A stretch of DNA of 64,000 nucleotides from Candidatus Methanosuratincola verstraetei (GTDB lineage: Archaea; Thermoproteota; Methanomethylicia; Methanomethylicales; Methanomethylicaceae): positions 448,001 through 512,000 of the forward strand of contig CP186953.1 of the NCBI GenBank assembly GCA_049570475.1, in the 5' to 3' direction. The first letter of the stretch is position 1. Each line of letters begins with the position of its first letter. Position numbers and translations under genes: made by a program. Shown here piece after piece: positions 37,844 through 46,412 of the stretch. The notes beneath the pieces are model-generated. The model was not told where the DNA came from and did no database searches. It was given only the letters and a program-made list of their open reading frames with translations.

Positions 37844-37947
37844 CATCTTTTTTGCAAAAAGGATTTAATAACATTCGTTGTTAGCCTAAATAGGTAGGCA
37901 GACTATCACCAGACTCAAGTTTTGGGAAGAGAGAAGTGGTGTATTGT

Positions 37948-40134
37948 ATGGAGGGTTCTAAAGAGGTCGTACTCAGGGTAGCTGAATCGAAGCAGAGGGA
38001 CGTGGGCAGGGGCAAGGTCAGGATCGACGCGGACGCGATGAAGAAGATAGGCGTCAGCGTCGGCGACGTGATAGAGATAGAGGGGAAGAGGAAGACGGCC
38101 GCGATAGTATGGCCCGCCTACACCGAGGATCAGGGGATGGACATAATAAGGATGGACGGCCTCATCCGCAAGAATGCAGGGGTCGGGATAGGGGAGAAGA
38201 TCACAATCAGGAAGGCCGAGTCCAAGCCTGCAAGCCTCGTCAAGCTCGCACCTCTCTCGTTCACGATAAGCGTGGATTCAGGTTTCGTGAGCTTCGTGAA
38301 GAGGAGGCTCGCCGACACTCCGGTGGTGGAAGGCGACAACGTCCTGATACCTGTTCTTGGGCAGGCGATCCCGTTCGCAGTGGTCTCGACCAAGCCCTCC
38401 GGGATAGTCATGGTGAACGAGGAGACCACCCTGACGATCCTTGAGAAGCCCGCGGAGGCTGCCAAAGTCCCGCGCGTCACGTATGAGGACGTCGGAGGGC
38501 TCAAAGATGCCATCGAGAAGGTAAGGGAGATGGTGGAGCTCCCGCTGAAGCACCCGGAGCTTTTCAAGAGGCTCGGGATCGATCCGCCGAAGGGGGTCCT
38601 GCTCTACGGACCGCCCGGGTGCGGCAAGACGCTCCTCGCGAAGGCAGTGGCAAATGAGACTGAGTCGTACTTCATCGCCATCAACGGCCCCGAGATCATG
38701 AGCAAGTTCTACGGCGAGTCGGAGCAGAAGCTCAGGGAGTTCTTCGACGAGGCGAAGCAGCACGCGCCCGCGATCATATTCATAGACGAGCTCGATGCGA
38801 TAGCCCCAAAGAGGGAGGAAGTCACAGGGGAGGTCGAGAAGAGGGTCGTCGCCCAGCTGCTTGCCCTGCTAGACGGCCTAGAGACGCGCGGCGATGTGAT
38901 CGTGATCGGGGCTACCAACAGGCAGAATGCGATAGACCCTGCCCTGAGGAGACCCGGCAGGTTCGACCGCGAGATCGAGATCGGGGTGCCAGATGTCAAG
39001 GGCAGGTACGAGATCCTGCAGATACACACCAGGAATATGCCGCTGGCGAAGGATGTGGACCTTAACAGGCTCGCGAGCCTCACCCACGGCTTCGTCGGGG
39101 CTGATCTGGCAGCGCTCGCAAGGGAGGCCGCGATGAAGGCGCTCAGGAGGTACCTGCCGGAGATAGACATCCAGCAGGAGAGGGTTCCGCAGGAGTTCCT
39201 CGAGAAGCTTGAGATCACGATGGAGGACTTCATGAACGCGTTCAGGGAGGTCACACCGACCGAGCTCAGGGAGGTCTATGTCGAGATACCAAATGTCAGG
39301 TGGAGCGACATAGGAGGGCTCGACTCGATAAAGCAGGAGCTGATAGAGGCGATCGAGTGGCCGCTGAAATACCCTGAAAGGTTCAAGAGGCTTGGCATAA
39401 AGCCGCCGAAGGGGGTCCTGCTCTACGGACCGCCCGGGTGCGGCAAGACGCTCCTCGCGAAGGCAGTGGCAAATGAGAGCGAGGCCAACTTCATCACGGT
39501 CAAGGGTCCAGAGATCTTCAGCAAGTGGGTCGGAGAGTCCGAGCGTGCGATAAGGGAGGTGTTCAGGAAGGCAAGGACGGCGGCCCCGGTAGTCATATTC
39601 TTCGATGAAATCGACTCGATCGCTCCCATGAGGGGTGGCGGCTCGAGCGACTCGATGGTCACGGAGAGGGTCATAAGCCAGCTCCTGACTGAGATGGATG
39701 GCCTGGTAGGGCTCTTCAATGTCGTCATCATAGGAGCCACAAACAGGCCAGACATCATCGACCCGGCGCTGCTGCGCCCCGGGAGATTTGACAAGCTGCT
39801 GTTTGTCCCAGAGCCGGACAACGAGACGAGGATGCAGATCTTCAAGATACACACAAGGGACATGCCGCTGGCGAAGGATGTGGACCTTGACAGGCTGGTG
39901 GCGATGACGATGAACTACGCAGGATCCGACATAGAGGCGCTATGCAGGGAAGCCGGCATGATGGCGCTGAGGGAGGACCCGAATGCTAAGGAGGTCCAGA
40001 TGAAGCACTTCCTCAAGGCTAAGGAGAAAATACGACCAACCATAAGCGAAGAGATGCTCAAGTACTACAAGGCATGGGAGGAGAGGAGCAAGCAGTCCCT
40101 GAGGGGCAAGTCGCCGCTCATCAATTTCATCTGA
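37948..40134 (+). CDS. cdc48: CDC48/VAT AAA+ ATPase
   Basis: N domain plus two AAA modules (GPPGCGKT twice, IDELD/FDEID, RPGRFD twice). Confidence 0.97.
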   Translation: MEGSKEVVLRVAESKQRDVGRGKVRIDADAMKKIGVSVGDVIEIEGKRKTAAIVWPAYTEDQGMDIIRMDGLIRKNAGVGIGEKITIRKAESKPASLVKLAPLSFTISVDSGFVSFVKRRLADTPVVEGDNVLIPVLGQAIPFAVVSTKPSGIVMVNEETTLTILEKPAEAAKVPRVTYEDVGGLKDAIEKVREMVELPLKHPELFKRLGIDPPKGVLLYGPPGCGKTLLAKAVANETESYFIAINGPEIMSKFYGESEQKLREFFDEAKQHAPAIIFIDELDAIAPKREEVTGEVEKRVVAQLLALLDGLETRGDVIVIGATNRQNAIDPALRRPGRFDREIEIGVPDVKGRYEILQIHTRNMPLAKDVDLNRLASLTHGFVGADLAALAREAAMKALRRYLPEIDIQQERVPQEFLEKLEITMEDFMNAFREVTPTELREVYVEIPNVRWSDIGGLDSIKQELIEAIEWPLKYPERFKRLGIKPPKGVLLYGPPGCGKTLLAKAVANESEANFITVKGPEIFSKWVGESERAIREVFRKARTAAPVVIFFDEIDSIAPMRGGGSSDSMVTERVISQLLTEMDGLVGLFNVVIIGATNRPDIIDPALLRPGRFDKLLFVPEPDNETRMQIFKIHTRDMPLAKDVDLDRLVAMTMNYAGSDIEALCREAGMMALREDPNAKEVQMKHFLKAKEKIRPTISEEMLKYYKAWEERSKQSLRGKSPLINFI
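38584..39478 (+). repeat. Exact 76-nt direct repeat (38584-38659 and 39403-39478) between the D1 and D2 Walker A regions of cdc48
   Basis: CCGCCGAAGGGGGTCCTG...GCAAATGAGA is identical in both copies, including synonymous positions. Confidence 0.9.
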
Positions 40135-40171
40135 TTGTATTTGCAGGGTTGGAGTGGGGACAGGGAGAGTG

Positions 40172-40417
40172 ATGCAGCTGGCAGAAGAAGGGATAAGGTG
40201 GAGGACCGAGTCGCCGGAGCTGATAGTTCTGGACCTCCTTGCGAAGAGGCAGGGGACACTAAAGGAGGAGGAGCTCGTCGAGATGCTCAGGGCAATGATG
40301 AAGGACATCTCAATGCTCGAGATAAACAAGATACTGATGAACCTAGAGCTGAGGGGCAAGATAACAGTATCGCAGATCAAGAAGGGGAGGGTGATCTCCC
40401 TCCTTCAGCCGAAATAG
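40172..40417 (+). CDS. Small winged-helix protein
   Basis: EINKILMNLELRGKITV wHTH-type helix and wing; lies between cdc48 and fen. Confidence 0.75.
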   Translation: MQLAEEGIRWRTESPELIVLDLLAKRQGTLKEEELVEMLRAMMKDISMLEINKILMNLELRGKITVSQIKKGRVISLLQPK

Positions 40418-40438
40418 TGCGCGGCGGGGTGACAGCCC

Positions 40439-41473
40439 CTGGGCGTAAACCTGAAGGATCTCGTCAAGCACACCCCCATCCCGCTCGAGGGTCTCGGGGG
40501 GCGCATACTCGCCATTGATGGTTACAATGCGCTCTACCAGTTCCTAGCAATAATAAGGCAGCCTGATGGGAGCCCGCTGATGGACTCGAAGGGCAGGGTC
40601 ACAAGCCACCTGAGCGGCATCTTCTACAGGACCGTCAACCTACTCGAGGCGGGGGTGAAGCCTGTCTACACATTTGACGGAAAGCCGCCGGAGATGAAGG
40701 CGGAGGAGATATCTCGGAGGGTGGAGACAAAGGAGAAGGCAAAGGCTGAGTACAGGAAGGCAATAGAGAGGGGCGACCTGAAGGCAGCGAGGAAGCATGC
40801 GCAGGCCACCTCTAGGCTCACGTCAGAAATGGTCGATCAGTCGAAGTCTCTGCTAGATCTCCTGGGCGTGCCCTGGGTGCAGGCCCCTTCGGAGGGGGAA
40901 GCGCAGGCCGCCTACATGGCGATGAAAGGAGACGCATGGGCGGTGGCAAGCCAGGACTACGATTCGTTGCTCTTCGGGGCTCCCAGGCTCGTCAGGAACC
41001 TGACCATCTCGGGGAGGAGGAAGCTCCCTAACAAGCCCGTTTACGTGAGCATCGAGCCCGAGCTGGTGGAGCTTGAGGAGGTCCTGAAGGAGAACGGGCT
41101 GACCAGGGAGATGCTCGTCGATCTGGGGATACTCATCGGGACGGACTTCAACCCAGAGGGGTTCAAGGGCATAGGCCCTAAGAAGGCGCTGAAGATACTG
41201 AAGGAGGCTGGATCTCTTGAAGGGGCACTGGAGCGCGGGCTTGTGGAGGGGGGCCAAGGCATAGACTACAGGGCCATCAGGGAGATCTTCCTTAAACCAA
41301 CGGTTAGGGGCGACTACAGCCTGGCTTGGGGCGAGGTCGATACCGAGGGGGTTTTGGGTTACCTCTGTGACGGGTTCGACTTCTCCCCTGAGAGGATAAG
41401 GAGCGCGCTAGTGAGGCTCGTGGAGAAGGGGAAGGAGAAGAAGCGCCAGCCTGACCTTATGAGATGGTTCTAG
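40439..41473 (+). CDS. fen: Flap endonuclease 1, inferred CTG start
   Basis: In-frame extension upstream of the track ORF reads (M)GVNLKDLVKH...AIDGYNALYQFLAIIRQPDG.PLMD; EGEAQAA, SQDYD, GTDFN, C-terminal PIP box QPDLMRWF. Confidence 0.95.
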   Translation: MGVNLKDLVKHTPIPLEGLGGRILAIDGYNALYQFLAIIRQPDGSPLMDSKGRVTSHLSGIFYRTVNLLEAGVKPVYTFDGKPPEMKAEEISRRVETKEKAKAEYRKAIERGDLKAARKHAQATSRLTSEMVDQSKSLLDLLGVPWVQAPSEGEAQAAYMAMKGDAWAVASQDYDSLLFGAPRLVRNLTISGRRKLPNKPVYVSIEPELVELEEVLKENGLTREMLVDLGILIGTDFNPEGFKGIGPKKALKILKEAGSLEGALERGLVEGGQGIDYRAIREIFLKPTVRGDYSLAWGEVDTEGVLGYLCDGFDFSPERIRSALVRLVEKGKEKKRQPDLMRWF

Positions 41474-41476
41474 ACA

Positions 41477-42154
41477 TCAGGGGCGCCACCCATACCTGCC
41501 ACACAGCGGGACAAAGACACAACCCCCGTATGTCCACTCCTTGAAGTCGCTCCCAGACTTCTCAACGACTATCAGGTCCTGGATTGAATATGCCTCGCCG
41601 ACCGGGATCACCATCCTGCCCCCATCCCTGAGCTGCGATTTAAGCGGGGGCGGTATCCTCGGGGCGGCGGCGGTGACAAGGATTGCGTCATAAGGGGCAG
41701 CATCAGGGTAACCCATTGTCCCGTCACCTTCGATCACAGTGACCCTGTCGGAGTACCCGCAGCGCGCAAGGTTCGACCTGGCGAATTCGACCAGAGAACG
41801 TATGCGCTCTATGGCGAATACGTGGCCGTCTTTGGCACCAGGCTGCCGGGGAGCGACGATCTCGGCACAAACCGCAGCATGGTATCCTGTTCCAGCCCCA
41901 ACTTCGAGAACCATGTGCCCCGGCTTCAAGGACAGCAGCTGGCACATGATCGCGACCATGTGGGGCGCAGAGATTGTCTGACCTTCAAGCGAGGGGAGGG
42001 GGGTGTCCATGTAGGCCTGTTCCCGGAGCTCAGGCATCACAAATTCCTCCCTGGGCACCTTCGACATCGCCTTTATGACTTCAGGCTGAGTCAGCACCCC
42101 CTCTTCAATTAGGCGCCTAATCAGCATCTCTCTCATTTCAGACATGCCCAACAT
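41477..42154 (-). CDS. pcm: Protein-L-isoaspartate O-methyltransferase
   Basis: VPREEF, QTISAPHMV, LEVGAGTGY, GDG..G, APYD.I.VTAA, FVPL. Confidence 0.95.
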   Translation of the reverse strand: MLGMSEMREMLIRRLIEEGVLTQPEVIKAMSKVPREEFVMPELREQAYMDTPLPSLEGQTISAPHMVAIMCQLLSLKPGHMVLEVGAGTGYHAAVCAEIVAPRQPGAKDGHVFAIERIRSLVEFARSNLARCGYSDRVTVIEGDGTMGYPDAAPYDAILVTAAAPRIPPPLKSQLRDGGRMVIPVGEAYSIQDLIVVEKSGSDFKEWTYGGCVFVPLCGRYGWRP

Positions 42155-42206
42155 GAGACACTTCTAAAGATTTATAGGGGCTAAGCCTAAAAAAGGCTTG
42201 GTTGCC

Positions 42207-42635
42207 ATGCGGACCTTGACTTTCTATGCGGAGGGGGACCGCAAGATCACTGCGAGGCACCCCACCACGCTGGAGATTACCAAGGACGAGGTGAAGACCA
42301 AGAAAGGAGACTGTATAGTCGCCACCCGGGCGACCTTGGCCCTTTCGGATCTCCCCGAGGAGATGAAGGAGGCGCTAAGGAGGGATTGCACAGAAGTGGC
42401 GCTGTGGATCGAATCAGGCGGCATATGCGACGTTGTAAAGGGCAGGGGAAGCGCCAGGCTAACACTCGAGAGCAGTACTGAAATGGTGGTCAGGAAGAGC
42501 GGATTTGTATGCGGGCGGACGCTGATGGTCTATTCAGACAAGTCAGCCTCTGAATTGAGGAGGGATCTGGTGGAGAAGATCGCAAGGGATGGATCCAAGA
42601 TCAGGCTGACGATCGAGGTTGTGACCCCTGACTGA
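42207..42635 (+). CDS. DUF371 family protein
   Basis: A.HPTTLEITKD...GDCIV, VRKS.F. Confidence 0.88.
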   Translation: MRTLTFYAEGDRKITARHPTTLEITKDEVKTKKGDCIVATRATLALSDLPEEMKEALRRDCTEVALWIESGGICDVVKGRGSARLTLESSTEMVVRKSGFVCGRTLMVYSDKSASELRRDLVEKIARDGSKIRLTIEVVTPD

Positions 42636-42647
42636 CGGGGGCGCATA

Positions 42648-42911
42648 TCACTTTCGGACAATCCTCTTCCGGGGGTTCTCGAGTTTCTTGGTCACATAAT
42701 CCAAAATCAGGTCAGCCCCAGGACCGAAAACCAAGCGAATCTTCTTCTCGAACAAGGATGGGTCCATAATAGACTCTGTGCCGCCGATTTGGAAGATGAC
42801 GGTTGAGGCTAGGGGCTCCCCAAATATGTCCTTAAGCGCGCTCCGGACTATTTCCTCGAAGTCCCTGTTGCGCAGATAAACAGTCACCCTAGACACAAAG
42901 TCGGTTTCCAT
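42648..42911 (-). CDS. Small helical protein (DUF3227/NitrOD5-like), co-oriented downstream of the response regulator
   Basis: AL..IFG......IFQ......DP..FEK....VFG.GA..I pattern; family call is from motif recall. Confidence 0.55.
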   Translation of the reverse strand: METDFVSRVTVYLRNRDFEEIVRSALKDIFGEPLASTVIFQIGGTESIMDPSLFEKKIRLVFGPGADLILDYVTKKLENPRKRIVRK

Positions 42912-42952
42912 AAGCGCATGCCCATCCGAAATGATTCAGCACCCCCAGAATT

Positions 42953-43417
42953 CTATTCCCTTTCACCTTTGGAACCCTCGATCATCTTTATTCGAGACTC
43001 TATGTAAGAGGTAATCTTCTCCTGGGTAAGCCGCTCGTCATCCTCCTGCCGCCTCAACTGATCTTCTATCACCCTCAGCAGTTCTGGGGGCGAGACCGGC
43101 TTTATCAGGTACCCGTCTGCGCCCATGTTCACTGCCCTAATTGCGTTATCAAGCGAAGCATGGCCCGTGACCATTATCTTGCGCATCCGCGGAGTGGTCG
43201 GCTTCAGCTTCACAAGGAGCTGGGTCCCCTCCATGTCTGGGAGGACCACGTCAAGCAGGGCGAGGTTGTAAGGGGTCGACTCGGACAATCGGATCGCTGT
43301 TGCCCCGTCATTAGCAGTATCGACGATGTACCCTTTCTTCGTCAGGAGCGACTTCAAGGTCTCACGGATATCCTCGTCGTCATCAACCACAAGTATCCGC
43401 TTTTTTGACTGCGACAT
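42953..43417 (-). CDS. Response regulator receiver protein with a short C-terminal helix
   Basis: ILVVDDD, LLDVVLPDMEG (phospho-Asp), MVTG, YLIKP. Confidence 0.93.
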   Translation of the reverse strand: MSQSKKRILVVDDDEDIRETLKSLLTKKGYIVDTANDGATAIRLSESTPYNLALLDVVLPDMEGTQLLVKLKPTTPRMRKIMVTGHASLDNAIRAVNMGADGYLIKPVSPPELLRVIEDQLRRQEDDERLTQEKITSYIESRIKMIEGSKGERE

Positions 43418-43514
43418 AATGATACACCCTGGGTAAGGGCAAACTACTTACAGCTATTGTATTGAATGCCCTCTAATAAAAATAGCTGTTTCATAGGAGA
43501 CGCCTCTTTCAGTT

Positions 43515-44585
43515 TCAGAGCTGTTTGAATTTGGCATCGATCGATACAATCCATTCCTTTGGGGCGGTCGGCTTGACGACCCTGCAGTTTACCAATTCGT
43601 AATCCCCTACACGAGATGCACTCTCTGCGAACTTTCTGACGGCAGAATCGATCGGAGGGGGACCGGAGAACAGGTAGACATGCGCAACCCCGCCACTCTC
43701 CTTCAGGAACTGTCGTGCGGCGCCCAAAAACTCTATGGACTGGGCGGGAAGGTTCATTATTACTCGGTCTGCAGCCCCATGCAGTTTTGGAGAGATGGCT
43801 GAGGCGTCGCCGCAAATCGGCGTGACTTCACCTTTGAGACGGTTGATGCTCAAATTGTACCGCATCATATTGACTGCATCTGGATTAACGTCAATCGCGA
43901 ATACCTTTGATCTATGCCTCTTCGCGATCATTATGGAAAAAGGCCCTACACCAGCGAACATGTCAACCACTTTTTCGCCTTCCTTGACAAGAGAGGCCAC
44001 GCGGTTCCTCTCAAAGCCCAGCCTTGGAGAGAAGTATGCCTTGGAGAGATCGACCTTTAGCCGGATGCCGTACTCGGAATGGATTGTCTCACGCTTGTCC
44101 TCTCCGGCGAGCAGCTCGAGGACGGGTATTCGGTAAGGTCCGTCGACCTTGCCTGTCTTGATCAAAACTGTTTTGACGCTTTTGTGAAGTCGAAGCAGGG
44201 CCTCTGCTATCTCTTTGCGGTAAGGATCTGCTTCAGGCATGAGGCGCTCAATGACTATTATGTCCCCGACGATGTCGTAAGACTTTGGCAGAGACCTGAG
44301 GGCATCAGGTGGCACCCTCCCCTGAAGGAATTCTTTAACACTCTTTGGGCATGAGGGCGAAATCTCGGGGAGGGTCCTTGGATTCACTAAGACCTCTCCG
44401 GCTTTGGAGATCCTTTCGATCTCGTCCGGTTCAGGGCGCCTGGTGACTGGGAAGTAGATGAAGCCCCCCTCAGAGATTACCCTCCTAGTCCTGTCGAGCA
44501 GACCGAGTGCCACAATTGCACGCCTGACCGCCTCTCCCTTCCCTCTTTCAGCCCTTATGCAGAAATGATTTTCAGGGTGGCTCAT
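43515..44585 (-). CDS. trm5: tRNA (guanine-37 N1) methyltransferase, Trm5/Taw2 family
   Basis: YDIVGDI, YFSPRL..ER, DMFAGVGPF, D.NP.A, RVIMNLP; start inferred at MSHPENH. Confidence 0.88.
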   Translation of the reverse strand: MSHPENHFCIRAERGKGEAVRRAIVALGLLDRTRRVISEGGFIYFPVTRRPEPDEIERISKAGEVLVNPRTLPEISPSCPKSVKEFLQGRVPPDALRSLPKSYDIVGDIIVIERLMPEADPYRKEIAEALLRLHKSVKTVLIKTGKVDGPYRIPVLELLAGEDKRETIHSEYGIRLKVDLSKAYFSPRLGFERNRVASLVKEGEKVVDMFAGVGPFSIMIAKRHRSKVFAIDVNPDAVNMMRYNLSINRLKGEVTPICGDASAISPKLHGAADRVIMNLPAQSIEFLGAARQFLKESGGVAHVYLFSGPPPIDSAVRKFAESASRVGDYELVNCRVVKPTAPKEWIVSIDAKFKQL

Positions 44586-44713
44586 CTTGTTCCAGAGTGA
44601 TATTTGGAATGCGGGATATATATCATCTCCAACGGAATGCGCGGAATCCTTTTTCAGAAACTTCATTAGCCCCAACATGAGATATCTCAGGTCAACACTG
44701 AAGGTGCATTTGA

Positions 44714-45577
44714 ATGGTGCCAAACCCCATCAGGGCTGGTTTGCTCAGGCTCAGGAGGTGGCATGAGGTGGTGCCCCTTCCCAGCGAGATCGTCATAGAG
44801 CCGACAACCAGGTGCGATCTCGAGTGCCCAACCTGCCTGCACAGGGCCCTCCCGAGCGCAAGAAAGGGGAGGGCGATGAGCTTTGATGATTTCAAGAGGA
44901 TCCTAGAAGGGATACCAACTCTCGAGCAGGTGGTCATGAGCGGGTTGGGCGAGCCCCTTCAGAACCGAGAAGTGCATAGGATGTGCACCGAGGCACATCT
45001 GAGGGGCTTGAGGACGAAATTGGTCACTAATGGCATGAAAGTCAGCGAGGAGAATGCGTATGACATACTCTTCTCTTTTGACTTCATTGAGATCTCATTC
45101 AATGCTGCCACTATCCCAGCCATCGACATTCTGCTCGCCGAGCAACCGTCGCTTGGAACCGAAGGCAGGCTAACCGTCTCAGTCCTCGGGACCCCTGAGA
45201 ATCTAAGAGTCTTCCCTGCGATCCAGTCCACGTTAGCAAGGAAGGGGATCAGGTGCAGGATTACGCCTCTAGAGAACTGGTGGTCAGAGGGCGACCCTTC
45301 ATACCAGCAAGTTAGGGAGATGATGCTCCAGATCGGGCAGGGGATCGTGAAGAAGAGGTTCGGGGGGTGCCGCTGGCCTTTCACCAGTGCGTTCATATCA
45401 TGCGACGGGGAGGTCACTCCATGCACTTCGAGGATGGACCCGAGAAGGATCACCTTCGGCAATGCCCTCGAGACACCCTTCTGGGCAATATGGGACTCGG
45501 AACCATACAGATCTTTCAGGAGGGATCACTTGCGCGGGATATGCAACAGGATCTGCCAAGGGTGCCCGCTGGAATGA
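44714..45577 (+). CDS. Radical SAM/SPASM domain protein
   Basis: CDLECPTC, GLGEP, TNG; SPASM CRWPF...G.V.PC...C..C. Confidence 0.85.
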   Translation: MVPNPIRAGLLRLRRWHEVVPLPSEIVIEPTTRCDLECPTCLHRALPSARKGRAMSFDDFKRILEGIPTLEQVVMSGLGEPLQNREVHRMCTEAHLRGLRTKLVTNGMKVSEENAYDILFSFDFIEISFNAATIPAIDILLAEQPSLGTEGRLTVSVLGTPENLRVFPAIQSTLARKGIRCRITPLENWWSEGDPSYQQVREMMLQIGQGIVKKRFGGCRWPFTSAFISCDGEVTPCTSRMDPRRITFGNALETPFWAIWDSEPYRSFRRDHLRGICNRICQGCPLE

Positions 45578-45641
45578 CCATTTGAAGTAAACGCTCCGGA
45601 TCGGCGCTGTTGAACCGTTGGGCGGTCCACGAGGCTTTTAA

Positions 45642-45719
45642 TGGCGGGTTCGGGGGGATTCGAACCCCCGACCTACGACTTAGGAGGCCGCCGCGCTGTC
45701 CAGTCTGCGCCACGAACCC
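45642..45719 (-). tRNA. tRNA-Arg(CCT), CCA encoded
   Basis: Reverse complement GGGTTCG...GCGGC-CTCCTAA-GTCGT...GGTTCGAATCC...CGAACCC GCCA. Confidence 0.96.
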
Positions 45720-45746
45720 TTGGGTAAAGGAATGAAAGGGCTTCAT

Positions 45747-46391
45747 TTATATTTTTGTCGGGGGGGAGCCCAGGATCTTGGAAACCAAATAACCCCCCAG
45801 ATCGAAGCATTTTGAAGCCCTTGCGATCACCACAGAGTCGCTCGTCGCCACTACATCGCCGCAGGCGAGGATCTCAGAATCGGGCCGCATCGACGTCTTC
45901 GATGCGCCAGGCACCCCTTTGGCGCCCATCAACTCCTCAGTCTTTTTTGAGAGATCCCCGCTGCGGCTGACAGGGCGGTCATAGACAAAAATGGCGAAGC
46001 TTGTCCGCAAGTCGCATATGCATGGTATCACCAACCCAAGGCACTCCACCAGATCTCCGAACTTCGGCTTACTCAGACCAGTCGAGATGTCCCTGACGAA
46101 CCCGTCGTCGCAGAGGTAGAGGGGTCGCCCATGCAATGCGGCGTATACAGTCCGGAGGATGTTGAACCCATCTACGGAGATGGTTGCACCCCGGAGATCC
46201 TCGGCAGGGACAAGCTTTCGCAAGTGGACCTCTGCGACATCCTCCGGGTAAACGCACCGGAACAGAGCAAGCCGATCCGTCCTGCACAGGCGATACCTGT
46301 CCGCAACGAACCTCACGGCCGAAGAACGCTTGTATCCCTTCGAGAGGAGGATCCTCAAATCGACCGCAGCATCCCGCAAAGCGTCAGGCAT
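45747..46391 (-). CDS. DUF434 domain protein
   Basis: DL..LL..GY......FV..RY.L, VDGFN, DDGFVRD. Confidence 0.85.
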   Translation of the reverse strand: MPDALRDAAVDLRILLSKGYKRSSAVRFVADRYRLCRTDRLALFRCVYPEDVAEVHLRKLVPAEDLRGATISVDGFNILRTVYAALHGRPLYLCDDGFVRDISTGLSKPKFGDLVECLGLVIPCICDLRTSFAIFVYDRPVSRSGDLSKKTEELMGAKGVPGASKTSMRPDSEILACGDVVATSDSVVIARASKCFDLGGYLVSKILGSPPTKI

Positions 46392-46412
46392 CCCATTTCC
46401 TCTACTCCAAGC

